A stretch of DNA of 56,685 nt from an uncultured Lachnospiraceae bacterium (GTDB lineage: Bacteria > Bacillota > Clostridia > Lachnospirales > Lachnospiraceae). Made by a program: the position numbers and the translations under genes. The notes under the pieces are model-generated. The model was given only the letters and a program-made list of their open reading frames with translations. It did no database searches and was not told where the DNA came from. This document shows, piece by piece, positions 8,453-18,493 of the stretch. Position 1 is the first letter of the stretch; every line of letters begins with the position of its first letter. The stretch is taken from the NCBI GenBank assembly GCA_902782995.1, contig CACZPJ010000094.1, positions 1 through 56,685 of the forward strand, read 5' to 3'.

Positions 8453-10207
8453 ATGAATAGTTCAAAGCGTGAAAATCTTCTGAATCTGGCATTAGATGCC
8501 ACCGAACGCGAACGTGAAAAATCCTTAGAGCTTGATGTCGGGTACTCAAAGGAAGAAGATACGTGGGATGTGATCGTAAAATATTCCGGTGATATTGCTT
8601 CCATCTCCCGCGATTATCCGCAGATCTCCATTGTCATACTGAGCAACGAATATGCAATCGTCACACTGCCCCAGTCCCTGATGGATGTCCTGACTGACCG
8701 GATCGAAATTGAATACATCGAAAAACCCAAACGTCTGTTTTTCTCTGTCACGCAGGGAATCCGTTCCTCCTGCATTCTTCCGGTATACCGACCGCCATTT
8801 TCCCTAAGCGGGCGTGGCGTACTTGTCGCAGTCATTGACAGCGGCATCGACTACCTCCACCCGGACTTTCGCAATCCCGATGGGAGCACACGGATCGTTG
8901 CGCTCTGGGATCAGACCATTCCCGGCAACGGAAGCACACGGATGCCGCCGGAAGGCTTTCTGCTTGGAACGGAATTTAGTCAGGCACAGATCAACGAAGC
9001 GCTTGCCCAGCCGGAACGCGCGCGCTCTTATAACCTCGTTCCCTCCTATGATACCAGCGGGCATGGTACACATGTGACCGGCATCGCTGCCGGAAACGGG
9101 CGTGCTTCCGATGGACGAAACCGTGGTGTTGCGTATGAAAGTCCGCTTTTGATCGTAAAACTCGGCACGCCGCGCACGGAGTCCTTTCCACGAACCACCG
9201 AGCTGATGCAGGCAGTCGACTATGTGATAAGAAAAGCGCGTGCGCTTGCACTTCCGGCTGCGATCAACATCAGCTTTGGCAACAACTACGGCTCACACGA
9301 TGGTACTTCCCTCTTAGAAACCTATCTCAGTGACATTGCTAGCTACTGGAAAACTGTGATCGTAACCGGCACGGGAAATGAGGGAAATGCCAGAGGACAT
9401 ACCGCCGGTCAACTTGCGTCCTTTAAAAATACCATGACCGAGCTTTTAGTCGGGACTTATGAAACATCCTTAAATCTACAAATCTGGAAATCCTATGCCG
9501 ATGAATTCGGTATCCGTATCACACACCCAAACGGAAAAACTGTCGGAACAATCCAGCAGATCCAGGGAACACAGCGTTTTTCGATTGAAGGAACCGAACT
9601 GCTCGTCTACTACGGAGAACCAAGTCCCTACAGTCCCTATCAGGAAATCTATATCGATTTTCTTCCGCAGACAGACTATATCGACAGCGGTGTATGGGGC
9701 ATTGAACTTATTCCACAACGTATCGTCTACGGGGAATATAATATGTGGATTCCATCGGCTGCTGTTTTGAATGCTGCAACCGGATTCCTGCTGCCAAGTG
9801 AGCGCACGACACTGACGATTCCTTCCACCGCTGCCAAGGTGATCTCTGTAGGCGCATATGATGCCTACTACGATCAGTATGCACCCTTCTCCGGCAGAGG
9901 TTATACCAGACAGACCAACCAGATCAAGCCAGACATCAGTGCCCCCGGTGTCGATATTATCTCTGCCGCTCCGGGCGGTGGCTACGAAACACGCGACGGC
10001 ACCTCTATGGCAGCTCCCTTTGTCACCGGGGCTGCGGCACTTCTGATGCAGTGGGGCATCGTAGACGGTAACGATCCCTATCTGTATGGAGAAAAGGTAA
10101 AAGCCTATCTGATCCGTGGTGCAAGACACCTGCCCGGCTTTGAAACATGGCCGAATCCACAGCTTGGCTGGGGTGTACTCTGCGTAAGAGACAGTCTGCC
10201 TGTTTAA
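8453..10207 (+). CDS. S8 subtilisin-like protease, CspA/CspB germination family
   Basis: Intact catalytic triad IDSGID, HGTHV, GTSMA; jelly-roll insertion; C-terminal PNPQLGWG. Confidence 0.9.
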   Translation: MNSSKRENLLNLALDATEREREKSLELDVGYSKEEDTWDVIVKYSGDIASISRDYPQISIVILSNEYAIVTLPQSLMDVLTDRIEIEYIEKPKRLFFSVTQGIRSSCILPVYRPPFSLSGRGVLVAVIDSGIDYLHPDFRNPDGSTRIVALWDQTIPGNGSTRMPPEGFLLGTEFSQAQINEALAQPERARSYNLVPSYDTSGHGTHVTGIAAGNGRASDGRNRGVAYESPLLIVKLGTPRTESFPRTTELMQAVDYVIRKARALALPAAINISFGNNYGSHDGTSLLETYLSDIASYWKTVIVTGTGNEGNARGHTAGQLASFKNTMTELLVGTYETSLNLQIWKSYADEFGIRITHPNGKTVGTIQQIQGTQRFSIEGTELLVYYGEPSPYSPYQEIYIDFLPQTDYIDSGVWGIELIPQRIVYGEYNMWIPSAAVLNAATGFLLPSERTTLTIPSTAAKVISVGAYDAYYDQYAPFSGRGYTRQTNQIKPDISAPGVDIISAAPGGGYETRDGTSMAAPFVTGAAALLMQWGIVDGNDPYLYGEKVKAYLIRGARHLPGFETWPNPQLGWGVLCVRDSLPV

Positions 10208-10325
10208 AATGTCAGGAAATTTTTTGAAAACTGATAAATCTTCTCATTTATGGGCATCCTATTTTTAGTACGTGGTGCTATACTTAAGTTAGTTGCAGGT
10301 AACCCAGTCAGAAAGGATGTGTATT

Positions 10326-10562
10326 ATGGGCAGATATTATCATTTATCAAAAAAAGTAACAGACAATGAATCACAAAAGATCACAAAGGAACTCCAGTCA
10401 CTCGATGATGTTGCAAGTGTGGAGATCACAGAAGATCACGAATACCTCAAGGTCGTGACCAAGGATGATCAGTTTTCCGATGTTATGGGTAATGCAGTTA
10501 ATATCTGCAGCCGGATTGCAAAGGATGTGGAACTCTCTTTTGCCAGATTCGCATTTGAATAA
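10326..10562 (+). CDS. Small hypothetical protein (HMA-like fold, no CxxC)
   Basis: RBS AGAAAGGA; K-I-x-K-E-L-x-x-L-D-D-V-x-S-V-E-I pattern as in HMA domains. Confidence 0.65.
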   Translation: MGRYYHLSKKVTDNESQKITKELQSLDDVASVEITEDHEYLKVVTKDDQFSDVMGNAVNICSRIAKDVELSFARFAFE

Positions 10563-10588
10563 TCAGGTATAAAAATTTCCTATACAGT

Positions 10589-10630
10589 AAAAAGGATGTA
10601 CCACCCACCAGGTTGATACATCCTTTTTTT
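10589..10630. terminator. Bidirectional terminator
   Basis: AAAAAGGATGTA/TACATCCTTTTT stem between convergent genes. Confidence 0.8.
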
Positions 10631-11452
10631 CTATTCTTCTTCCGAAGCATTATCTAACTTAATTAACTTCGATATGATCTCTTCACAGATCTGTGTTACA
10701 TTCTTGCCATCGGTTGCAACCGTAACATCTGCAACCTCTTCATAACGTGCTCTACGTTTTTCCATCAGCTCACTGATAAATTCTACGTTCATGTTGCCAT
10801 TTAAGATCGGACGGTCTGTGCTGTCCTTGACACGCTCATAGATCGTCTCAGGCTTCGCTGTTAAAAGAACGATCCGTCCGTTCTTCTTCATATGATCCTG
10901 ATTCTCTTCTCGCATGACAACACCGCCGCCACAGGAAACGATCGTCTGCTTACGCTTCTGAAGCTCGATCAGTGTATTACTCTCAAGATTACGGAAATAT
11001 GCTTCGCCATATTCATCGAAGATCTCAGAGATTGACATGCCCTGCTTCTCGACGATCATCTGATCCATCTCGACACGATCCATCTCAAGCTTTTCCTTCA
11101 GTTCTCCGGCAACAGTACTCTTACCAGCTCCCATGAAACCGATCAGGAAAATATTGTAATCAAACAGGCTCTTTGCCTGGATCCTGCGGCTGTTTTTTAC
11201 AATGTATTTGAAAATATCAAGGATCTCTTCCTCGAATTCATTATCGCCTAGCTTTGCCTCTAACGCTGCCGTCTGCTTCTTTTCCTGCTCCGGCTGTAAA
11301 ATCGGGATACCGGTTGCCTTCTTATAAGCGATGATCTCCTGAATGTGTCCCATACGGATCGCAAGCTGCTCGATGATGATGTCATCACATGCTCCGATCT
11401 TCTCACGAATTGCATTTATCTTATCCATGTTCGTACCTGTTGCGTATCGCAA
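10631..11452 (-). CDS. aroK: Chorismate mutase type II (AroQ)-shikimate kinase fusion
   Basis: N-terminal IREKIGACDDIIIEQLAIRM...YKK...ILQPEQE; C-terminal GFMGAGKST, GEAYFR, SCGGG, RPIL; ATG at 11428 is an alternative start. Confidence 0.9.
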   Translation of the reverse strand: MRYATGTNMDKINAIREKIGACDDIIIEQLAIRMGHIQEIIAYKKATGIPILQPEQEKKQTAALEAKLGDNEFEEEILDIFKYIVKNSRRIQAKSLFDYNIFLIGFMGAGKSTVAGELKEKLEMDRVEMDQMIVEKQGMSISEIFDEYGEAYFRNLESNTLIELQKRKQTIVSCGGGVVMREENQDHMKKNGRIVLLTAKPETIYERVKDSTDRPILNGNMNVEFISELMEKRRARYEEVADVTVATDGKNVTQICEEIISKLIKLDNASEEE

Positions 11453-11535
11453 CCCTTTCTTCTCTGTTACAGTTCTTCCGCCATTATAACAAGCACGGAA
11501 AAAAGAATCAAGCAGAATTTTAACACGTTAAAGTG

Positions 11536-12561
11536 TTACTCTCCCAGATAGGAATCCACCAGTGCAGGGTCTACCTTCTTCTTGATCGCATCATAGACCG
11601 GCTGGCTGGCTTCGCGCATCTCTTCTCTTGTCTGCTCGTCTAAGGTAATGACCTCTGTACCGGAATCCCTGATCGTCTGGATTCTGGAAGCGATCCGTTC
11701 ATCCGACTGCTCACGCGCATAATCCTTTGCCGTCTGTGCTGCCTCACGGATGATCTCCTGCTTTTCTTCCGATAAGTCCTGCATAAAGCTGTCACTTACG
11801 ATCAGTGAAATCAGATGCGGCAGATGGTTCGTCTCAACCACATATTTCTGCTGCTCGTAAAGCTTATTCGAAACAATCACCTCGTATGGATTCTCCTGTG
11901 CATCGATCGTTCCCTGCTGTAATCCGATATAGACTTCTGAAAATGTCATCGGTGTCGGACTTGCAGACAGCAGCTTCCAGAACTGGATATGGTAAGAATT
12001 CTCCATGGTACGGATCTTCTGTCCCTTAAAATCAGCTATGGATTCGACCTTATCATTCGTTGTCATGACACGGAAGCCCTGATCCGCATAGCCTAACAGT
12101 TCATAACCGCCCTTCTGATAGACCTTCTGGATACGTGCTAAAAACTGCTCGTCATCCACATGGCTCCGCACCTCTTCCATCGTATCAAACGCACACGGAA
12201 GGTCAAAAACCGCGGTATCCGGCATAAAGGTTACCTGCGGAGCAGTGTTCTGCACAACAAACGGAATATCCCCGTCCTTACAGGACTCTAACAATTCACG
12301 GTCACCACCTAAGACACTGTTCGGATAAACTGCGATCTTCATTGTTCCGTCACTGAGCCGTTCGACTTCTTCGGCAAAGCGTTCTGCCATAAGCTGCGTT
12401 ACGGTATCCTCCGGGCTTGAAGTTCCAAGCGGCCATGCATAACGCTGTACTTCTTCTGTATTTTCCGTCTGATCCGATGTCTGTTTTGCCGAGCATCCGC
12501 TAAGCAGCAGACAAAATCCGACAAGCAGTACACCAATCTGTTTCATTTTCTTTTTTCTCAT
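11536..12561 (-). CDS. dctP: TRAP transporter substrate-binding lipoprotein
   Basis: Lipobox LSGC; KGQKIRT, EVYIGLQQGTIDAQENP. Confidence 0.92.
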   Translation of the reverse strand: MRKKKMKQIGVLLVGFCLLLSGCSAKQTSDQTENTEEVQRYAWPLGTSSPEDTVTQLMAERFAEEVERLSDGTMKIAVYPNSVLGGDRELLESCKDGDIPFVVQNTAPQVTFMPDTAVFDLPCAFDTMEEVRSHVDDEQFLARIQKVYQKGGYELLGYADQGFRVMTTNDKVESIADFKGQKIRTMENSYHIQFWKLLSASPTPMTFSEVYIGLQQGTIDAQENPYEVIVSNKLYEQQKYVVETNHLPHLISLIVSDSFMQDLSEEKQEIIREAAQTAKDYAREQSDERIASRIQTIRDSGTEVITLDEQTREEMREASQPVYDAIKKKVDPALVDSYLGE

Positions 12562-12582
12562 CTGCGCCTCCTTTTGCCCATC

Positions 12583-13872
12583 CTACAATAAAACCAGACT
12601 GATCGCAGGGATAAATGTGATCAGTAACAGTGCGAACAGGAAATATCCGATCATCGGCATTGCCTTTTTGGCAATCTTCATCACCGGTTCTCCGGTTAAA
12701 GAGCTTGCGACAAACAGGTTTACTCCGATCGGCGGGGTCACAAAGCCGACTGCGAGGTTGACGATCAGCATAACACCAAAATGAACCGGATTCATACCGA
12801 TCTGCATTACGATTGGAAGCAGAATCGGACTTAAGATCAGGATCGCCGGTGTTGTATCCATAACCATTCCCACCAGTAACAGGAACAGGTTGATTACAAG
12901 TAACAGGATGATCTGATTCGTAAAATGATCTAAGATCCAGCTGCTGACAAGCTGCGGTACCTGCATCAGTGTAAGTACACGCGAAAATGCGGTCGATGCT
13001 GCTAAGATAAATAAAATCGGTGCATAGGTACGCATTGCCTCTACAAGGATTCCCCAGATGTCACGGATACGGATTGTCTTATAGATCACAAGACTTACAA
13101 ACAATGCATAAAATACCGAGATTACCGCTGCCTCTGTCGGAGATGCCACACCGCTGTAGATACAGCCAAGTACGATCACCGGACTGATCAGTGCCCATAA
13201 GCTTTCTTTTAATACTTTAAAAAAGCCCTTTTCATGCAATGCATCGATCTTCGCATTGATCCGTTCCTTGTCCTCGCCGTATCTTCTGCAATGATAATAG
13301 GCATAAAACATCAGCATAAGTGCGATCATAACCCCCGGTATGATACCGGCCAGGAAAAGATCACTGACGGATTCCCCGGATGCCATCGCATACATGATAA
13401 ACGGGATACTAGGAGGGATGATAACACCCAGTCCGCCTGCTACTGCAACGATCGCAGTGGAGAAGTCCTTCTTATAACCAAGCTCTGTTAAAAGCGGGAT
13501 CGTCATACTTCCTACCGCAGCTACCGTTGCCGGTGCAGAGCCGGAAATTGCTCCATAAAAGAGGCAGGTTATGATGACCGCACACGGAATGCCTGCTGTC
13601 CGTTTTCCGAGAAAATAGGAAAATACATCAAACAGCTTCTTCGAAATTCCTCCATGTGCCATTAAGATACCTGCCAGTACAAACATCGGAACAGCCAGTA
13701 ATGGGAAGCTGTCGATTCCTCCTAACATGGAACGGATCACATAGCTTGCACTCGCAGTAAAGGAACCGTCAAATGCGCCCGGAAGCGTTGCAACCACGCC
13801 AAGTGAAATGGAAACCGGAACGGCGATCAACAGACAGATTACGAATAGTATAAAAATTACGATTGCTGACAT
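12583..13872 (-). CDS. dctM: TRAP transporter large permease
   Basis: SFPLLAVPMF, GAISGS, IIPPSIP, PTEAA, TPPIGVNLF. Confidence 0.93.
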   Translation of the reverse strand: MSAIVIFILFVICLLIAVPVSISLGVVATLPGAFDGSFTASASYVIRSMLGGIDSFPLLAVPMFVLAGILMAHGGISKKLFDVFSYFLGKRTAGIPCAVIITCLFYGAISGSAPATVAAVGSMTIPLLTELGYKKDFSTAIVAVAGGLGVIIPPSIPFIMYAMASGESVSDLFLAGIIPGVMIALMLMFYAYYHCRRYGEDKERINAKIDALHEKGFFKVLKESLWALISPVIVLGCIYSGVASPTEAAVISVFYALFVSLVIYKTIRIRDIWGILVEAMRTYAPILFILAASTAFSRVLTLMQVPQLVSSWILDHFTNQIILLLVINLFLLLVGMVMDTTPAILILSPILLPIVMQIGMNPVHFGVMLIVNLAVGFVTPPIGVNLFVASSLTGEPVMKIAKKAMPMIGYFLFALLLITFIPAISLVLL

Positions 13873-14393
13873 TCTGTTTCTCCTCCATTCCCTGTTTTTT
13901 CCACATTCTTCTTATGTCCGAAGGCAGTTTTCCACTCTCCGGCCCAACGCTGCACGATCCGGAATGCGGTAAGCGAAAAACAGATCAATGGTGCAGACTG
14001 TACATAGTACATTGGAATGCCACATGCCGGAGAAACCTGTCCGCTTTCGACCGTTGCCTTAAGGTACAGGAAGGCATATGGGATCAGATATACAAAAAAG
14101 ATAAACTCAACCGTAAGATTTAACACCTTAAACATCGCTTTCCCACGCTTTGGGAACATCTGGATAAACTGGTCAATCTTAATGGAAATACACTTTTTCG
14201 TACAATAACTGACACTTAAAAAGGCGGACCAGATGAAAAGATACCTTGTGATCTCTTCTGACCAAGACAGCGATATGCCAAGAACATAACGCGATAATAC
14301 CTGAATTCCCATGATGACTGTCATTCCGATCAGAAAAACAACCATCAAAAACTCTTCCAAATATTCATCCAGCCAGTGTAGTATCTTTTTCAT
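13857..14393 (-). CDS. dctQ: TRAP transporter small permease
   Basis: QVLSRY...SWSEEITRYLFIW; about 4 TM segments. Confidence 0.92.
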   Translation of the reverse strand: MKKILHWLDEYLEEFLMVVFLIGMTVIMGIQVLSRYVLGISLSWSEEITRYLFIWSAFLSVSYCTKKCISIKIDQFIQMFPKRGKAMFKVLNLTVEFIFFVYLIPYAFLYLKATVESGQVSPACGIPMYYVQSAPLICFSLTAFRIVQRWAGEWKTAFGHKKNVEKTGNGGETECQQS

Positions 14394-14425
14394 CTATAGT
14401 CCCCCTGCTATATTTTTACAAGTAA

Positions 14426-15190
14426 TTATAAACTTTCGTGAATCAGATGTAAAACCGTATTTAAGTCTGCTGCATTCATCTGTCCCGGAGCGGAAGCCTT
14501 TCCTACTGCACCAAAGGTCAGGGCAGAACCAAATACTTCACCGCACAGACGGCTGATTAAGCCTGTTCCTGCCATAGACATGGTAATGATCGGACGGTCT
14601 GCATGCTCAGATGCCATCTCTTCGGTTGCTGCAAGCAGTGTCAGTACATCCTTCTTATTCTGCGGCATCACTGCAATCTTCGGGATATCTGCACCAAGCT
14701 CCTGCATTTTTATGAGTCTGCGTACCAGCTCGTCCTTTTCCGGTGTCTTATCAAAGTCATGGTTTGACGCTACGACCTTGACACCATAGGAATGTGCTGC
14801 CTCAATGATCTCTTTTACCACGTCATCACCGGTAAATGCTTCGACATCCACCAGATCCACCAGACCGGTTGCTGCTGCACGCTCATTTAACAGTGCATAA
14901 TCTGCCGGAAGAATGGACTTTTCGCCACCCTCTTTTGAGGTACGGAAGGTAAACAGGATTGGTGTCCCGCCGAGTGCAGGACGAAGCTCTTTTAATACAT
15001 CCACCACCTGTGCGAAGTCAAACACGCCCTCGAACCAGTCTACACGCCACTCTACCACATCCTTTACAACACCTTCAAAAGACTTTGCTGCTGCAAGGAT
15101 TTCTTCTTTTGTCTTTCCAACGATCGGAACACAGATTTTTGGAACGCCTGCTCCGATCTTAATTCCTCTTACTTCTACATAATTGCTCAT
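14426..15190 (-). CDS. aroD: Type I 3-dehydroquinate dehydratase
   Basis: EWRVD, FRTSKEGG, SNHDF, KIAVMP, SAPGQ. Confidence 0.95.
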   Translation of the reverse strand: MSNYVEVRGIKIGAGVPKICVPIVGKTKEEILAAAKSFEGVVKDVVEWRVDWFEGVFDFAQVVDVLKELRPALGGTPILFTFRTSKEGGEKSILPADYALLNERAAATGLVDLVDVEAFTGDDVVKEIIEAAHSYGVKVVASNHDFDKTPEKDELVRRLIKMQELGADIPKIAVMPQNKKDVLTLLAATEEMASEHADRPIITMSMAGTGLISRLCGEVFGSALTFGAVGKASAPGQMNAADLNTVLHLIHESL

Positions 15191-15206
15191 ATTCGATTCT
15201 CCCTCA

Positions 15207-16427
15207 CTATTCTGTGTCTGCATTCTTTAATAATGTACCATATCTGACATTTACAAACAATGCCAGTACTACTCCGATTGCTGTGATCACAATGTTCATC
15301 ATCATAACACCGGAAGCACTCATCTTACCTGCTGCTGTTAAGATTGTGTAGTTAGACAGAGAAGATGCGATCATGATAATGGATGTGATCGTACCCTTAA
15401 ACTTCGGGAAAAGATCATTTACTGTTGCAGTTGCAAGCTGAAGTACACCACCTGCTGCAAAGAAGCCTAATAAAAATGCTCCTGCCATACACATTGTCTC
15501 TGACTTTGATACATATACCATGATCAGGGCTGCAAGTGAAACACCCGGGTATACGGCCAAAAATCTTACGGACTTGATCTTCATGGTAAAAATTGCGGTT
15601 ACGATGATCGCAACGATTGTTCCGGTAGAATATAAGGACTGCATTCTGGATGGATCTGCCACACCGGCAACATCCTTTGCAAAAGTCTGTGCACAGTTTA
15701 ACCATAACTGGAATGTAGCGGTACAGGTAAATCCAATGATGATCAGTGCAAAGCTTTCTACGGAAAAATGTGCCGACTTGATGTTCTCAATAAAGGACGT
15801 CTTTTTTCCGCCCTCTGTCTTTCCTCCGCTGACACTTGGTACAAAGAAAATGATGACACCGATAATGATGATTGCAACTGCCAGTGTATATAATACCGTA
15901 TGGGAGCGGCTCATCTCAAGTCCTTCCGATGCTGCGATAAATCCAACCACAAATGGAAGTGCTTTCTGTCCTAATGCTACAAAAAGCTTGGTTCCCATGG
16001 TAGCAAGTCCTGTTCTTGGAGCCATGATCTCAACGGTCTCCGGAATTACACCACAATCTAAGAAGGAGTTTGCAACACCACCAAGGATCGCTGCTGCATA
16101 TGCGACCTGCCAGTTTGGTGAAAGTGCAATTCCTGCAAAGAACATTGCATAGGTAACTACACCAATGATCGTACATACTTTACGTCCGAATTTATCGGAA
16201 ATCGGTCCGGAAAACGGAAGGGTGATCAGACGTCCGAGTCCTAATGCTGCGGATACGGTTGTTACGATACCGATGTTTGCTGCAATGTCCGAATAGCCCC
16301 ACTGTCCGACTAATACTTCCTTGATTGCCTGCTGTCCTAAGATCGCACATCCGATTCCGTGTATAAAATAGGTCAGGTATAAGATGATCGCTGCCGGATA
16401 ATATTTTGCCTTTGACTGTTTTTCCAT
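15207..16427 (-). CDS. MFS transporter (YdiM/YdiN-like, probably quinate/shikimate)
   Basis: 12-TM pattern; motif A GPISDKFGRK; YFIHGIG; lies between the shikimate dehydrogenase and aroD. Confidence 0.85.
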   Translation of the reverse strand: MEKQSKAKYYPAAIILYLTYFIHGIGCAILGQQAIKEVLVGQWGYSDIAANIGIVTTVSAALGLGRLITLPFSGPISDKFGRKVCTIIGVVTYAMFFAGIALSPNWQVAYAAAILGGVANSFLDCGVIPETVEIMAPRTGLATMGTKLFVALGQKALPFVVGFIAASEGLEMSRSHTVLYTLAVAIIIIGVIIFFVPSVSGGKTEGGKKTSFIENIKSAHFSVESFALIIIGFTCTATFQLWLNCAQTFAKDVAGVADPSRMQSLYSTGTIVAIIVTAIFTMKIKSVRFLAVYPGVSLAALIMVYVSKSETMCMAGAFLLGFFAAGGVLQLATATVNDLFPKFKGTITSIIMIASSLSNYTILTAAGKMSASGVMMMNIVITAIGVVLALFVNVRYGTLLKNADTE

Positions 16428-16450
16428 TCTTTTTCTCCTTTATTTTTGCA

Positions 16451-17329
16451 TTAATCGCCGTATTTGATATTTAAAACTTCTTTCATGTGCTCGATCGGCA
16501 TATCCCTGCCTGTCCAGAGCTTGAATGCTGCTGCACCCTGGAATAACATCATGCCAAGTCCGTTCTGTCTCTTACATCCGGCTTCTCTTGCCATGGCTAA
16601 GAACTTTGTCTCAAGCGGTGCATAAACGGTATCACAGCAGATCAGATCCGGTCTTAAATAAGAAGTATCCGGCAGCCATGTCTGTCCCTCTAATGGCTTC
16701 ATACCCATTCCGGTTGCATTTACTAACATATAGCTGTCTTCGATCTCTTTTCGTAACTGCTCTTTGTCATCTAAGTCATATAAGGCTGCCTTGCAGTCTG
16801 TTTTCTCATTGATCTTACGGACCGTCTCTACTGCATTATCCCAGAACTTGTCATGGATATTGAAAATTGAGATCTCTTTTACACCATCCAGTGCTGCCTG
16901 GATCTCAATTGCAGTTGCTGCTCCGCCTGCTCCGGCGATTGTCATCTTTTTGCCGATCGGATCAATGTCATAATCCTTTAATGCCTGCATGAAGCCGATA
17001 CCGTCTGTGATATGTCCGGTTAAAACGCCGTTATCATTTGTGATGGTATTTACTGCTCCACATAATTCTGCTGCCGGTGAAAGATGATCTAAGTACTGTC
17101 CGACAACGGTCTTGTTTGGCATAGATACGTTTGATCCGACCAGCTTTAATGCACGAAGTCCCTTTACGGCATCCTCTAAGGTGCTGTTGTCTACTTCGAA
17201 TGCAAGATATGCATAATCTAATCCAAGATATGCAAATGCTTCATTATGCATTGCCGGTGAACTGGAATGTCTGATTGGGTATGCCATTAATCCGATAAGT
17301 TCTGTGTGTCCTGTAAGTCTCTCTGCCAT
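16451..17329 (-). CDS. aroE: Shikimate/quinate dehydrogenase (YdiB-type)
   Basis: HSSSPAMHN, NVSMPNK, AVNT, TDGIG, GAGGAA, GLGMMLFQG; start MAERL after AAGGAG. Confidence 0.92.
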   Translation of the reverse strand: MAERLTGHTELIGLMAYPIRHSSSPAMHNEAFAYLGLDYAYLAFEVDNSTLEDAVKGLRALKLVGSNVSMPNKTVVGQYLDHLSPAAELCGAVNTITNDNGVLTGHITDGIGFMQALKDYDIDPIGKKMTIAGAGGAATAIEIQAALDGVKEISIFNIHDKFWDNAVETVRKINEKTDCKAALYDLDDKEQLRKEIEDSYMLVNATGMGMKPLEGQTWLPDTSYLRPDLICCDTVYAPLETKFLAMAREAGCKRQNGLGMMLFQGAAAFKLWTGRDMPIEHMKEVLNIKYGD

Positions 17330-17565
17330 AGTTTTGTTCTCCTTTTTGTTTGAAATGAATACGAATTTCTCTTTTGTTTTCTGTAACCATTTAACGATGT
17401 CTGCCCACATTGTTAAATTTATAACAACCTCTGTTACATTTATTATAAGCCATCTTCACCTATACTTCTAATGCTTATTTTGTTGTTTTTTAATAGCATT
17501 TATGTACTGGTTATGGTATCATTTAACCAAAACAGCGTATTCATATTGTTTATTTTATACATCCT

Positions 17566-17580
17566 ATAGACATTATCTAT
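17566..17580. promoter_or_regulatory. LysR box ATAG-N7-CTAT
   Basis: ATAGACATTATCTAT just upstream of the LysR gene in the divergent intergenic region. Confidence 0.6.
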
Positions 17581-17600
17581 TAATCAGGAGGTTTTTGATT

Positions 17601-18491
17601 ATGACGCTCAATCAATTGTCCTACTTCTATGAAGCTGCCACCTTGCAGCATTTCAATCAGGCAGCCGAAAAATTAAATATTTCCGAGCCGAGTCTCAGCC
17701 GCTCGATCGCATCCTTAGAAGATGAATTCGGCACCACTTTATTTGAAAAAAAGGGGCGCAATGTCATTCTCACCAAGGCAGGACAGATCTTCTTAGAACA
17801 TGTTTCCCTGATCTTAAATGAAGTAAACCGTGCAGAAGCGAAAATGCACCAGCTTGCAAGTGACGGCGGACACATCGATATTGCATATGTATCGCCGCTT
17901 GCCCGTACCTATATTCCGCATACCGTCCGCACTTTTCTCGCACAGGACGAGAACCGCAATGTTACCTTTAACTTTCATCAGGACATCACGTCTAGAAATG
18001 TTGCCGGCTTAAAAAACGGTTCCTATGATCTGATCTTTGGTTCTTATGCAGATAACGAACCGGGAATTGAGTTTGTTCCTATTATACGTCAGGAGATAGT
18101 TGTCATCCTGCCGCTCCACCATCCGCTCACCAAAAAAGACACCTTGGAATCAGGTGTCTTTGAACAATATCCGGTCTTAGGCTACGACCGTACCTCCGGT
18201 CTTGGCAAGTATACGCACAGCTTTTTCAAGGAACATGGAGTCAGACCGAACTTTATCTGCGAATCACCGGATGAAAACGGAATCGCCTCGCTTGTAGCTG
18301 AAAACTTCGGGATCGCCCTTGTCGCTGATGTGGAATCGATCCACCGGGATGACATCTGCATCCGTTCCCTGATCCCATCGGAAGCCATCTACCATACCGT
18401 ATACATGGGCTATATGCGCGGCAGATACCAGCTCCCGGCAGTACAGCGGCTGATCCAGTTTGTGCGTATGAACCGGCATTCGTTTTCGTGA
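17601..18491 (+). CDS. LysR-family regulator (QuiR-like)
   Basis: HFNQAAEKLNISEPSLSRSIASLEDEFG HTH; RBS AGGAGG. Confidence 0.93.
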   Translation: MTLNQLSYFYEAATLQHFNQAAEKLNISEPSLSRSIASLEDEFGTTLFEKKGRNVILTKAGQIFLEHVSLILNEVNRAEAKMHQLASDGGHIDIAYVSPLARTYIPHTVRTFLAQDENRNVTFNFHQDITSRNVAGLKNGSYDLIFGSYADNEPGIEFVPIIRQEIVVILPLHHPLTKKDTLESGVFEQYPVLGYDRTSGLGKYTHSFFKEHGVRPNFICESPDENGIASLVAENFGIALVADVESIHRDDICIRSLIPSEAIYHTVYMGYMRGRYQLPAVQRLIQFVRMNRHSFS

Positions 18492-18493
18492 CT

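Noticed and set aside
9476-10129. 217-aa minus-strand ORF, and similar long antisense ORFs at 15520, 21113 and 36541
   Set aside because: Fully overlap well-supported genes on the opposite strand; codon-bias shadows
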